A stretch of 63,556 bases of DNA, the filler included. It is 4 parts of 4 records of this genome, joined end to end, with 100 filler letters (N's around TTAATTAATTAA, not from the genome) between each part and the next. Parts side by side here need not be neighbours in the genome. Positions count along the whole stretch, not along the records: positions 1 to 29,425 come from SRR22947725_2666; 3 more parts are not named here. One strand, given 5' to 3'. Of the stretch, positions 20,148 through 29,525 are shown piece after piece; positions within the stretch are counted from its first letter, which is position 1, and the number at the start of each line of letters is the position of its first letter. The notes under the pieces are model-generated. The model worked only from the letters and a program-made list of their open reading frames with translations. It was not told the DNA's origin and did not search any database. A program made the translations under genes and the position numbers.

Positions 20148-21394
20148 TAGACTTCTTTGGAACCCTCTTCGACAAAATCACGGTCAATTTTTGGTAATGG
20201 CTGATCATTAATAGCTGCTTCAAAAGCTTTAAGTCGTTTGTAAATTGAAATTAGCTCTATGATAGTAGTCCATGAAGAAACTAAGAATTGAAATGAAGAT
20301 GCTACTTGGCCAAAAGCTCTTAATATTTGGTTCATAATTCCAAGTGTAATTCGACCTGAAACAATTGTTGGAATTAAAAATACATAAGCGATTACATTAT
20401 CTGCTTGTATATACATGTACCTAAACAAATTAAAATATGTGTAATGTAAATATATCCTAAAATAGTTTTTTCTCACATTAGAAAATAAATCGCGTAAAGC
20501 TATTGGTTGGGCATTCGCTTCATTATCCTCTCCTAAAACTAATTCTTTACGAAATGCAGCTTCAACACGTTGATTTCTAAACTCTAGCCCAGGTAACTTT
20601 ATTCCAGAAAATAGTAATATTAATGTACCAAAAATTGACCATACAATTGAGAGTGTAACTAATGGATATGGTATTGCCCCTAATATTGGTAATGTTTCAA
20701 CATGAACTGATAATGCTGCAAGAACAGGAAGAAATGCAATTAATGTCATAATTGAATCTACAAAGGCTACTCCTAGCCCTTCCATAATTGCAGCAAACCG
20801 CATGGTATCTTCTTGTATTCTTTGTGACGCACCTTCAATATGTCGAACTTGCTTCCATCGTGAAACGTAAAAATCATTCATTGCTGAACGCCAACGAAAT
20901 ATAAAATGGGATGTAAAAAATCTGTTTGCTATAATAAATGCAATGTATGGAAAAGCTATAGTACAAAAAATTATAAAATGACTATAAAGTTGAGTAACAG
21001 TTACCTCACCATTACCTCCAAGTGCCGTTTGAATATCATTATAAAATGGACCGTACCAAGCATTGATAATAACAGAAACCTGAACTGAGGCATAAGATAA
21101 ATAAATTAACAAAGCTGATCCTAAAATTGACCAATTTTGCCAAAAATGAGGATCATATTTACGCCATGCATAGTAAAAAACGAATGTGCCAAAAAGATAA
21201 AACAAATCAAACCATAAGAACTCTGAAGTTATAAAATGGCCCAAACCAATAACTGGTTCTTCAGTATTTAATGCAAAACCTAAAGTTCTACCAATCGTCT
21301 CTCCAATACTGTACCAAACAGTTATCAAAAATATTATCCATATTATTAATGAGCCAAAAAAAAGTTTTGGTTTTGGAAAAAAGGATTCAAACAT
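20147..21394 (-). CDS. sbmA: SbmA/BacA peptide uptake transporter
   Basis: MFESFFPKPKLFF, HIEGASQRIQEDTMRF, GLEFRNQRVEAAFRKELV and ELISIYKRL motifs. Confidence 0.92.
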   Translation of the reverse strand: MFESFFPKPKLFFGSLIIWIIFLITVWYSIGETIGRTLGFALNTEEPVIGLGHFITSEFLWFDLFYLFGTFVFYYAWRKYDPHFWQNWSILGSALLIYLSYASVQVSVIINAWYGPFYNDIQTALGGNGEVTVTQLYSHFIIFCTIAFPYIAFIIANRFFTSHFIFRWRSAMNDFYVSRWKQVRHIEGASQRIQEDTMRFAAIMEGLGVAFVDSIMTLIAFLPVLAALSVHVETLPILGAIPYPLVTLSIVWSIFGTLILLFSGIKLPGLEFRNQRVEAAFRKELVLGEDNEANAQPIALRDLFSNVRKNYFRIYLHYTYFNLFRYMYIQADNVIAYVFLIPTIVSGRITLGIMNQILRAFGQVASSFQFLVSSWTTIIELISIYKRLKAFEAAINDQPLPKIDRDFVEEGSKEV

Positions 21395-21511
21395 ATTATA
21401 ATATCCTATTTAAATGTCCGGCTAGTTCGGATGAAATTAATTTTCGTTGCTTTGCTTTGAGTATATACGGAGCTATATATACTAATATGTTTGAATTATG
21501 GAGTAAGATCA

Positions 21512-21940
21512 ATGTCAGAATGGTTGTATCAAATACGGATAAAAGTATCTGAAAGTATTTCTGATGATCTTAGAGGAATGCAGAAGCAAAATCTTTCAAT
21601 CAGTATAAAAAAAATAGCAGATCTACATCAAATGACCATTGTTTGTACTTATGATGCATTTAAAGCTTATTGTGATGAAGCAGAACAAAATGGTATCGAT
21701 GGGTATGGATTGTACCCCTGGACCAAAGCTACAATAGATGACCCTTTAAAGAAATTAAAACATTTAAGATCGTTTGCGTTTTATTTGGGAGAAGATCAAA
21801 TTTATAGCAATGATCTTGCAGTTTCTATTAAAAATCACTTACATAAATTAGATGATGATGAGCTATTAGAAATAAATTTAATTGATTCAAATCCAGAAAA
21901 TAATCCTCAACCCCCCAAAAAGTATCAAATGAAAAATTAA
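21512..21940 (+). CDS. Conserved hypothetical protein
   Basis: GGAG RBS. Protein-like sequence with YQIRI, YDAF..YC.EAE..G, LYPWTKATI.DP and NPENNPQPP. Confidence 0.7.
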   Translation: MSEWLYQIRIKVSESISDDLRGMQKQNLSISIKKIADLHQMTIVCTYDAFKAYCDEAEQNGIDGYGLYPWTKATIDDPLKKLKHLRSFAFYLGEDQIYSNDLAVSIKNHLHKLDDDELLEINLIDSNPENNPQPPKKYQMKN

Positions 21941-21943
21941 AAT

Positions 21944-22882
21944 TTATTTTACTTTTGGTAAAGTTTCGATCTCAACGGCTTCGTTTAAAAACATAGATCG
22001 AGCACAATTTTCATTTAACGCAATTGTTGTTTTTACATTTTGGTTCTCAAGATTTGCCTCTGTTTCTACACCTAAGAAAACGCCTGGGCATATTTGTCCA
22101 TTTACTCTGATCACATTGACAGGATTATTAACAACAACACCAACAGAATCTGCTATTACAAGCTGATCTACAAAAACAAAAGTTTCTACAATTTTTGCTT
22201 CAGGTGCATAGATCTGTGCAGCTAAAGTTCCTCGAGATACACAATCGCCAAGATTTGGTTCAAAATTAAGTAGTACTCCATCAAAGGGTGCTCGCATGGT
22301 TAAATCATCAAGATCAAGCTCTCTTGATTGAACTTCAAGCTGTCCGATTTCATAAGCAATTTTAGCACGTGATTTTTTTGAATTTGCACGTATTAACGCT
22401 TCCTCAGCACGATCAACAGAAAATGTAGCATCTAGCTTTTTGCGTTCAGCAGTTTCAAGCATTGTTTCATTAACCAAGCCACGTTTAAATAAAACATTTG
22501 TACGATCGAATTCACGTAGAACAAAATCAAATTCTTCTTTTGAACGTGATAAGTCTGCTTTTGCAACTGTGATTGAAAATTCACTTTCTTCAACGGCAGC
22601 TTTTAAATCTCCTGCACGTGCTTGTGCAGACTTAAGTGCAAGCTGACTTGTTCTGTCATCTAATTTTACTAAAACCTGATCTTTTTTTGCCAAACCAGAA
22701 TTTACAGCGTCTTGAGATACTTCAGTAATACAGCCTTGTGCTTCGTATGATAAACCTGATTCATTTTCGGCGATGACTGTTCCAGCTAGGTTTATAGATT
22801 GGAAATTGTCTTGCGTTAAGGCAGGGGTGGCAAAGGTACAAAATACTAATCCAATTTTTAACATGGTCATAGAATTATTCAT
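21944..22882 (-). CDS. HlyD/RND-type periplasmic adaptor (membrane fusion protein)
   Basis: Signal peptide, LVKLDD lipoyl-like half, long coiled-coil hairpin and MRAPFDG. Confidence 0.75.
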   Translation of the reverse strand: MNNSMTMLKIGLVFCTFATPALTQDNFQSINLAGTVIAENESGLSYEAQGCITEVSQDAVNSGLAKKDQVLVKLDDRTSQLALKSAQARAGDLKAAVEESEFSITVAKADLSRSKEEFDFVLREFDRTNVLFKRGLVNETMLETAERKKLDATFSVDRAEEALIRANSKKSRAKIAYEIGQLEVQSRELDLDDLTMRAPFDGVLLNFEPNLGDCVSRGTLAAQIYAPEAKIVETFVFVDQLVIADSVGVVVNNPVNVIRVNGQICPGVFLGVETEANLENQNVKTTIALNENCARSMFLNEAVEIETLPKVK

Positions 22883-23055
22883 GAAATGTCTCCATACAGT
22901 TTATGTACATGGTGATGTGTTTAGATTTAGAGTCAAGGCATATATAGTAATTTTGGCTATTGTTGAAACGAAACCAATTCTTAATTATGGCGGAACTTTA
23001 ATTTTTTCTTGCTAGTTATTCAATTATTCATCATTATGAATGTATTGAAATATTA

Positions 23056-23102
23056 TTGACTGATACTGCGATCTTTAATTTTTCTCCCTCAGTATCAGTC
23101 AA
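23056..23102. repeat. Perfect 13-bp inverted repeat just downstream of the MFS gene (hairpin, terminator or operator)
   Basis: TTGACTGATACTG (23056-23068), 21-nt spacer, CAGTATCAGTCAA (23090-23102). Confidence 0.5.
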
Positions 23103-23118
23103 ATATCTTTATTACAAA

Positions 23119-24330
23119 TTAGTTATAAAGATCCTTCTTTACTCGTGAGATCCCCACCAACATTAATAATGATGATATAATAAAAAATGTTGATATACCA
23201 ACGTATTGAAGATTTAATGAAATATCAAAATCAAGTAATATACCTGTAAGTGCAGGACCAATAGCAGAGCCAAGCACCATTGCTGCTGCTGCTGCTGCTT
23301 TAATTGATCCAAGGTGTTTAGTGCCAAAAAACTCAGCCCAAAATGCGTTTGGCAAGGTAGTATTAGCTCCAGATGTTATTCCTAAAAATATGAAGCCTAA
23401 TAATGCAGAATACAATGTCTCACCAAAGGCAAATAATATAAATGCAATAATCATTGGTAATTGAAAATATGGAATTAACTTTGCAGTTCCAAACTTATCT
23501 AATAAAATACCTGATAAAATCATCATGCAAATTGCAACCCCAATATAAATTGGAAACATTGAAACTAAACTTAAATGTTCCCACCCCTTAATTTCCGAGA
23601 AGTGTACCTGTTGAAAAAAGAATGCTGTGTTAAATGCAGATTGGCCAATTACAGCAGGCATCATAAACCAGAACAAAGGGTGTGATATAGTTTTTTTTCG
23701 TGTCCAATGAAGTTTATTCATACCCCATGATTGGTCTTCGGCATCAATAGATTGTGGGCTACGTTCTTGACGTAATAGCCATATTAAAATTGGAATTGAG
23801 AAAAGAGTAATTAGAGCAGCAATTATCCAAATTTTCTGCCAAGAAAAATATATTAAAGCAGATACAAGAAATAAAGGAATAAGAGCTTCACCAAATGAAA
23901 ATCCAAGATTTGAAATTGATAGAGCTTTTCCACGGTTGTTGACAAACCAACGTGACATTGCAACTGCAGCTATGTGAGTAGACATGCCCTGTCCAGTTAA
24001 TCTCAGGCAAAATATTACCACTGGAAGCAAAGCAACTACGGGATTGAATGCCATAAAGAGACATGAAGTAGAAAGTGCACATAAAACCATTGGCCCAAGC
24101 TTTCTAACACGCATAATATCTGTGAGACCGCCGGCCCAAATCATAACAATGGCAGATGCAAAAGTCCCAAATCCATATATTAAACCCCAATCACCATGGG
24201 ATAAATTAAATGTATTCCTGATTTCACCTGAAAATATTGAAATAAAATATGTTTGTCCAAAACTTGACATAAACGTTAACAACGTTCCAGCTGCTAGCCA
24301 CCGGCTATTCTTTAATATAAATTGAAACAT
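23119..24330 (-). CDS. MFS transporter
   Basis: SSFGQTYFISIF, RWFVNNRGKALS and EFFGTKHLGSI motifs, about 12 TM. Confidence 0.85.
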   Translation of the reverse strand: MFQFILKNSRWLAAGTLLTFMSSFGQTYFISIFSGEIRNTFNLSHGDWGLIYGFGTFASAIVMIWAGGLTDIMRVRKLGPMVLCALSTSCLFMAFNPVVALLPVVIFCLRLTGQGMSTHIAAVAMSRWFVNNRGKALSISNLGFSFGEALIPLFLVSALIYFSWQKIWIIAALITLFSIPILIWLLRQERSPQSIDAEDQSWGMNKLHWTRKKTISHPLFWFMMPAVIGQSAFNTAFFFQQVHFSEIKGWEHLSLVSMFPIYIGVAICMMILSGILLDKFGTAKLIPYFQLPMIIAFILFAFGETLYSALLGFIFLGITSGANTTLPNAFWAEFFGTKHLGSIKAAAAAAMVLGSAIGPALTGILLDFDISLNLQYVGISTFFIISSLLMLVGISRVKKDLYN

Positions 24331-24443
24331 TTCTTATCTCATCAGTTGTCTTACATTGGGCAACAAATAGCTACATGTAAAGAAACTAGATTTTTTGAAG
24401 AAACTTTGTTTAAATAGCTAACTTAACAGATCTATTGATCATG

Positions 24444-24908
24444 TTAAATTTTAAGATCTAGTCGAGGCTTCCAGAAAGGTCTAAAAAGTTCAATTTTTGG
24501 GCATCGGTTCATAACAACTTTTAAGCCGGCATTTTCAGCTAATTTTGCTGCTTTATCATCATAGACGTCTATTTGTCCCCAAAGAACTTTGGCTCCAATA
24601 AATATTGCCTGTTCTGCAAATCCATAAAATTCTTCTTTTGGTCTGAATACTTCTACCATATCAACTTGTTGATCAATTTCTGCAAGTGAATGGTATACTT
24701 TTATCCCACGAATTTCATGGAGATTAGGATTAGGATTTACTGGTAGCATTGTATATCCAGTTTCATGGAGTACGCGTAATACGCCATAGCTGAATTTAGT
24801 CTTATCCGCGCTGGCACCAACTAACGCAATTGTTTTTACAGAACTTAAAATATCAGCAAGATATTTTGGATCGTAGTCATAGATATGGTTAACTTCTGCA
24901 TCAGGCAT
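24444..24908 (-). CDS. CoA-binding protein (YccU-like)
   Basis: KTIALVGAS, PVNP, VDMVEVFR, AKVLWGQ and VVMNRCPKIE motifs. Confidence 0.88.
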   Translation of the reverse strand: MPDAEVNHIYDYDPKYLADILSSVKTIALVGASADKTKFSYGVLRVLHETGYTMLPVNPNPNLHEIRGIKVYHSLAEIDQQVDMVEVFRPKEEFYGFAEQAIFIGAKVLWGQIDVYDDKAAKLAENAGLKVVMNRCPKIELFRPFWKPRLDLKI

Positions 24909-24910
24909 TA

Positions 24911-25270
24911 TTATACTTCCTTTGGTGTCGCTATATCTGCTTTAAGTTCATGAGGTTTTAATGGGTCAAGAAATGGATTACGGTATAAATTACCATGACT
25001 TTCAACACCAATTTCTATTGTAATATCAGTAAGTGGTCTAGCCACACACAAGATGATATAACCGTCGTTAATTTGACGATTATTTAAAGCAACTTGGCGA
25101 TTTTGATCAACTTTACCAGAAATTAATTTAGCTGCACACGTAATGCATCCCCCATATTTGCAACCAAATGGAAGATCTACGCCTTGATCACGTAGTGTCT
25201 CTAAGATTGGGCGTTTAGAATTAACTTCAAAAGTCTCTCCATCACGATTTGCAATTGTAATAGTTCTCAT
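24911..25270 (-). CDS. Plant-type [2Fe-2S] ferredoxin with C-terminal extension
   Basis: LPFGCKYGGCITC...ILCVARP (Cx4Cx2C...C). Overlaps the upstream gene by ATGA. Confidence 0.9.
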   Translation of the reverse strand: MRTITIANRDGETFEVNSKRPILETLRDQGVDLPFGCKYGGCITCAAKLISGKVDQNRQVALNNRQINDGYIILCVARPLTDITIEIGVESHGNLYRNPFLDPLKPHELKADIATPKEV

Positions 25271-26616
25271 AACCAGATGTCACTTGTACAATCACCACCA
25301 GGGTATCGTGCTTCGTGACATCTGCTTGGCCCATTTGGCTCTTTTCCAAAATCCACTATGAAGTCTTCATTTAATGACATCCCACCATTTATAGGATCAC
25401 AATCAATCATAACCATGACGCCTCCTTGTTCACGAATTTCAGGATAAAACTGATTATCCCAGGTGGAAAATAGTGATGTGGTGACATATAGCCTTTTCCC
25501 ATCCAAAGAAAGTTGGAACATTTGAGGGCCTCCAGCCATTTTTACACCATTCACAATAGGTGCCTTACCTAACAATCCACCCATCCAAACTTGGCCGGTG
25601 AGAATAGGATTATGTGGATCTGAAATATCATATTGCCTCATATCGCCATGCAACCAGTTGTTGAGATAAAGATACTTATCATCCATTGAAATTAGAATTG
25701 CTGACATTACACCTGGAACAGGTAATGGCCATTCAGGATGTGGTTCATTTGCTACATCTATAATTTTTTCCCACTGCCATTTACCAGCATTATCCTTCCA
25801 CCAATGAATAACATTTGAGCTAAGCGCTGCGCCACAAAAACCATGACTACTATCTGGATCATGATGGAACTTAACTTCAAGAGGAAGTAATCCGTCTTCA
25901 CCCAGGTACATGGTTTCAATTGGTTCTTTTTTTTCAAAATCCCAAAAGTGAATTTCACGGCCATATTTAAGATGTCCAACTTCTTCTAGATCAAAACCTG
26001 GCATAAATGTATTTGGGGCGGCCCACTCGGAACTAACCATAATATTGTGACGTGGCTGATACCAGAAGTCATACCCAAATTTAATATCACCCATTGAGTT
26101 TTCCCAACGGCCTTCAATTTCAAAATCTTTATTTAAATGTAAGTAGCCGCCTGGTGCTTCACCTTTAGCGTCGCCAAGCATTGAAATAATTATTTCTGAA
26201 CCAAGGCAATGAACTGTGTGCGGTCCAGATAAGTTGGTTTTTGATTTAATATCTGCACCGCTAATTACCTTGTGCAAAGAGGGAGCTCGTGGATTAGTTG
26301 CGGTATCTACGATGTGAATATTATTAGATCGAACACCTGGGAGTAATAAATATTTTCGCGACATTGATCCATCATCAAAACATGATGAACAAGCATTCCA
26401 CCCCATATGATGGAGTTCATCACCAATTCCGGGCATTTCAAGTCTATGAATGACCTGACTGTATGTTTCACTATGAGGATCTATGTCAACGGTCGCTAAA
26501 TAATCTGGTTTTTGAATTCCAGTGCCTGTATAAATTGCAATCGTATAAAGTAATTTTTCACGAGGGGCTTTAATTGCTTCGGATGGGCTTGAATATCCAG
26601 GACCGCAACATTCCAT
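25267..26616 (-). CDS. Selenium-binding protein 56 family / SELENBP1-type methanethiol oxidase (cytoplasmic)
   Basis: CGPGY..P, PDYLATVD.DP, DELHH.GWN.CSSC, GYDFWYQPRHN, NWLHGD.RQYDISDP, GGPQM.QLSLDGKRLY and RYPGGDCTSDIW. No signal peptide. Confidence 0.92.
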   Translation of the reverse strand: MECCGPGYSSPSEAIKAPREKLLYTIAIYTGTGIQKPDYLATVDIDPHSETYSQVIHRLEMPGIGDELHHMGWNACSSCFDDGSMSRKYLLLPGVRSNNIHIVDTATNPRAPSLHKVISGADIKSKTNLSGPHTVHCLGSEIIISMLGDAKGEAPGGYLHLNKDFEIEGRWENSMGDIKFGYDFWYQPRHNIMVSSEWAAPNTFMPGFDLEEVGHLKYGREIHFWDFEKKEPIETMYLGEDGLLPLEVKFHHDPDSSHGFCGAALSSNVIHWWKDNAGKWQWEKIIDVANEPHPEWPLPVPGVMSAILISMDDKYLYLNNWLHGDMRQYDISDPHNPILTGQVWMGGLLGKAPIVNGVKMAGGPQMFQLSLDGKRLYVTTSLFSTWDNQFYPEIREQGGVMVMIDCDPINGGMSLNEDFIVDFGKEPNGPSRCHEARYPGGDCTSDIWL

Positions 26617-26768
26617 TTTATTAATTCCTCTTTTTATTTAAACATTAATCAAGCTCTAACTTCAATCGGGCTTCAATTTAATACTTTTGAATATGTTTCT
26701 TTAGCTTGCAAGTTTTTTATCTCAGGATGATGATCTTTACTTAACTAAATATTTCCTAGTTATAATAT

Positions 26769-26807
26769 AATTATGAGTAACTTATACTGTATGAGATAAT
26801 CATAATT
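26769..26807. promoter_or_regulatory. 39-bp imperfect palindrome upstream of the SBP56 operon
   Basis: AATTATGAGTAACTTATAC-T-GTATGAGATAATCATAATT, with 16 of 19 arm positions complementary. Confidence 0.35.
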
Positions 26808-26879
26808 TGTACTAAATTTTTTGATTAACTAGTCCAAATAGACTAAATTATAATTTCTTTTATCAGATATTATAAAGCT

Positions 26880-27281
26880 CTAATATTTCTTCATTATATC
26901 AAATTTTTTCCAAACTTTACATGAGGAATTTTGCATCATGAATTGTCCAAAATCATTTCCATTTATTGAACAATACCCAACAAACCTATCATAAGTTTTA
27001 GCACCTGTTAATTCGCAATTTGCGATCTCACCGACAAATTGTACTGCTATTTCTGTTGCATATTTACCTTTGTCAGTATTTTTTTCAGGACAATTTAGTG
27101 CAGCCAACCTAATTGGTATTGCACCTATTATTATTGTATCTCCATCACGTACATGTGTGATAATTCCAGTTAAAATACTTGATTTTGACAGCTGTAAAGT
27201 TTTTATATTATTATTGGCAAAAGCGTGAAAAGCTACAAACATAAAAAACGTTATTAATTTGATTTTAACAATTAAATTCAT
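26880..27281 (-). CDS. Thermonuclease (SNase-like) family secreted protein
   Basis: Signal peptide, with HVRDGDTI, IRLAALNCPE and TYDRFVGYC. ATGA overlap with the upstream gene. Confidence 0.75.
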   Translation of the reverse strand: MNLIVKIKLITFFMFVAFHAFANNNIKTLQLSKSSILTGIITHVRDGDTIIIGAIPIRLAALNCPEKNTDKGKYATEIAVQFVGEIANCELTGAKTYDRFVGYCSINGNDFGQFMMQNSSCKVWKKFDIMKKY

Positions 27282-27814
27282 AAATCTATCCATTCAAAAT
27301 TAACGCCAATTTTTGAAAAAAACTTTTCCAAATTTTCTATTGTCATCTCTATTGTTCGGTCATTTACGAGTGGGTGTACATATATAACAATTTTATTCCT
27401 TAATGCTTTATCCATAAACAATGAGACATTATTATTTACACCATTGATCATTGATAATGGAGTTACGGCACCTGGCCGTACTCCTAAATTTTGCATTAAC
27501 CTTTCAGGAGATCCAAAAGATAAATTACTAAAGTTTAAATTTTTACTAAGTCTTTTTAAGTCTATAGCTTGGTCTTGTTCTGCGACTAATAAAATGTTCT
27601 TTTTTTTCTTATCTCGTAAATATAAATTTTTGACATGCCCCCCACCATTTTGAGTGGATATGAAGATACCCTCTACTTTTTTAGAGTCTGCAACGGTTCT
27701 TAGTGGAACATGTTCAAATAATTTATAGGATATTGACCATCGTTTGAGTGTTTCTAGAAGTGCATCCGATGAAACTGGCAAGCTGTCTTGAAATTTTGAT
27801 GACGCATCTACCAT
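27278..27814 (-). CDS. YbaK/PrdX (ProXp-ala) aminoacyl-tRNA editing domain protein
   Basis: KNLYLRDKK, LSFGSPERL, LGVRPGAVTP and HPLVNDRT motifs. Confidence 0.88.
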   Translation of the reverse strand: MVDASSKFQDSLPVSSDALLETLKRWSISYKLFEHVPLRTVADSKKVEGIFISTQNGGGHVKNLYLRDKKKKNILLVAEQDQAIDLKRLSKNLNFSNLSFGSPERLMQNLGVRPGAVTPLSMINGVNNNVSLFMDKALRNKIVIYVHPLVNDRTIEMTIENLEKFFSKIGVNFEWIDL

Positions 27815-27904
27815 CTTTTTTGTCCTGTATTTAGTTTAGCTGCTTTATAATATTGAAGTTATATTATAAAAAAATAGGATCAATTATAAAATCGTAGGAT
27901 TAAA

Positions 27905-28339
27905 ATGGTAATAGATATAAAATTTACTCAAAATGATAGAGAAATGCTGTCATGCTTGAGCCTGCGTAGAACTGTTTTTATTGAAGAACAAAATGTGCCT
28001 GAAAATGAAGAGGTTGATGGAGATGATCCTAATTGTGACCATATTCTTTTAACTATTTCTGATGATCCAGTGGGAGCGGCTAGACTTAAATATTATGATA
28101 ATTTTGTAAAAGTTCAAAGAGTTTGCGTTCTGAAAAATTATAGAGGGCAGGGTATTGGCTCTAATATCATAAATTTTATAATTAAACATATTGAGAAAAA
28201 TGATATTCGTAATTCAGTTCGTTTAGGTTCACAAATTCATGCGCTAGAATTTTACAAAGGGCTTGGCTTTGTTGAATTTGGCGAGGAGTATTTAGATGCA
28301 GGTATTTTGCATAAAGATATGGAATACCAAATTAAATAA
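27905..28339 (+). CDS. GNAT acetyltransferase (ElaA/YjcF-like)
   Basis: LRRTVFIEEQ, YRGQGIG, FYKGLGF and YLDAGILH.DM motifs. Confidence 0.88.
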   Translation: MVIDIKFTQNDREMLSCLSLRRTVFIEEQNVPENEEVDGDDPNCDHILLTISDDPVGAARLKYYDNFVKVQRVCVLKNYRGQGIGSNIINFIIKHIEKNDIRNSVRLGSQIHALEFYKGLGFVEFGEEYLDAGILHKDMEYQIK

Positions 28340-28357
28340 TCTAATTTTTGATTTAGC

Positions 28358-29425
28358 TTAACTTTTAATAATATCAAAATTTGAATCATATGGGCAGGAT
28401 TCAATTATTTTTGCACTAATTTTTTCACCAAGCATATCTACAAAAACTTCAGAGCCAATCGAGGAATATTCTGATTTAATAAAGGCGTATGCAATATTTT
28501 TATTTATTCTATGACCCCAATCGCCTGATGTGATGGTTCCAATGACTTTATTTTTAATCGACAGTGTTGCCCCACCTTGTGCTGGTGCATTTTTTTTGTT
28601 GATTTCTAAAGTAATTAATTTGTTTAAACATTCTTTTGATTGGCGGAAATTTAAAGCTTCTTTTCCTATGAATTCATTTTTATTTATATTTACGAACTTA
28701 TTCAAACCTGTTTCAAATGGATCAAATTCAGTTAAAATATCTGTTTTCCAATGGAGAAATCCTTTTTCTAGCCTCATTGAGTCAACTGCTCTTGCACCAA
28801 AAAGTTTTATGTTAAATTCAAGGCCGGCTTCCTGGATAGCTAAATATGCGGCATAAAGAGATGCGTTAGGAATATGTATTTCATAAGCGAGCTCACCAGA
28901 AAAACTTACACCCATTACTGTAGCTGGGGCTATGCCAATAAAGCATTCACGAAGGCTAAGCCAAGGAAAAGCATCTTTAGACCAATCGCCACGGGAACAA
29001 GCTGAAAGTACTTTACGGGCATTTGGCCCGGCTAATACAAGTATTGTAAGGTCATTAGTTAAGCTCTTTAATTGGACATCTTCATTTGGGCTTAAGTGCT
29101 GTCTTAGCCAATCCATGTCGTGATATTCACTTGCGGCAGCTGACCCATACCAAACTCTCGCAGGTCCTCGGTCACTTTGTGGAAGATTTGCAATAGTCGC
29201 TTCACCTTTTAACATGCCATGATGATTAAGAAAGTATCCTAAGCCAACTTTACCAGTTTGTTTTTTAATATTGCCACAAAAAATTCTATCTAAAAAATTA
29301 TGTCGATCTGAACCAGTTATTTCAATACGGTTAAAGCCATTAACTTCGCACAGCCCAACGTTTTCTTGCACATTTTTGACTTCGCTTGCGATTAGATCAA
29401 AAGTTTCATCAAATTTGAATCCAAG
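28358..29425 (-). CDS. GcvT-family oxidoreductase (dimethylglycine/sarcosine dehydrogenase-like), C-terminal part, truncated at the contig end
   Basis: LAGPNAR, SFSGELAYEIH, SMRLEKG, PFETGL and GTITSG motifs. The frame is open to the gap. Confidence 0.85.
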   Translation of the reverse strand, partial: LGFKFDETFDLIASEVKNVQENVGLCEVNGFNRIEITGSDRHNFLDRIFCGNIKKQTGKVGLGYFLNHHGMLKGEATIANLPQSDRGPARVWYGSAAASEYHDMDWLRQHLSPNEDVQLKSLTNDLTILVLAGPNARKVLSACSRGDWSKDAFPWLSLRECFIGIAPATVMGVSFSGELAYEIHIPNASLYAAYLAIQEAGLEFNIKLFGARAVDSMRLEKGFLHWKTDILTEFDPFETGLNKFVNINKNEFIGKEALNFRQSKECLNKLITLEINKKNAPAQGGATLSIKNKVIGTITSGDWGHRINKNIAYAFIKSEYSSIGSEVFVDMLGEKISAKIIESCPYDSNFDIIKS

Positions 29426-29525
29426 NNNNNNNNNNNNNNNNNNNNNNNNNNNNNNNNNNNNNNNNNNNNTTAATTAATTAANNNNNNNNNNNNNNNNNNN
29501 NNNNNNNNNNNNNNNNNNNNNNNNN
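29426..29525. other. Artificial contig linker
   Basis: 44 N + TTAATTAATTAA (stops in all six frames) + 44 N. Confidence 0.97.

Noticed and set aside
25267-26616. Selenoprotein or selenium-utilisation system
   Set aside because: There is no in-frame TGA or sel gene. 'Selenium-binding' is a historical family name.
26880-27814. Nuclease plus partner as a toxin-antitoxin or defence pair
   Set aside because: The nuclease has a signal peptide and its neighbour is a recognisable PrdX tRNA-editing protein. There is no defence context.
29470-29481. TTAATTAATTAA palindrome recurring three times
   Set aside because: It is always centred in 44+44 N, so it is a synthetic six-frame-stop linker, not a biological repeat.
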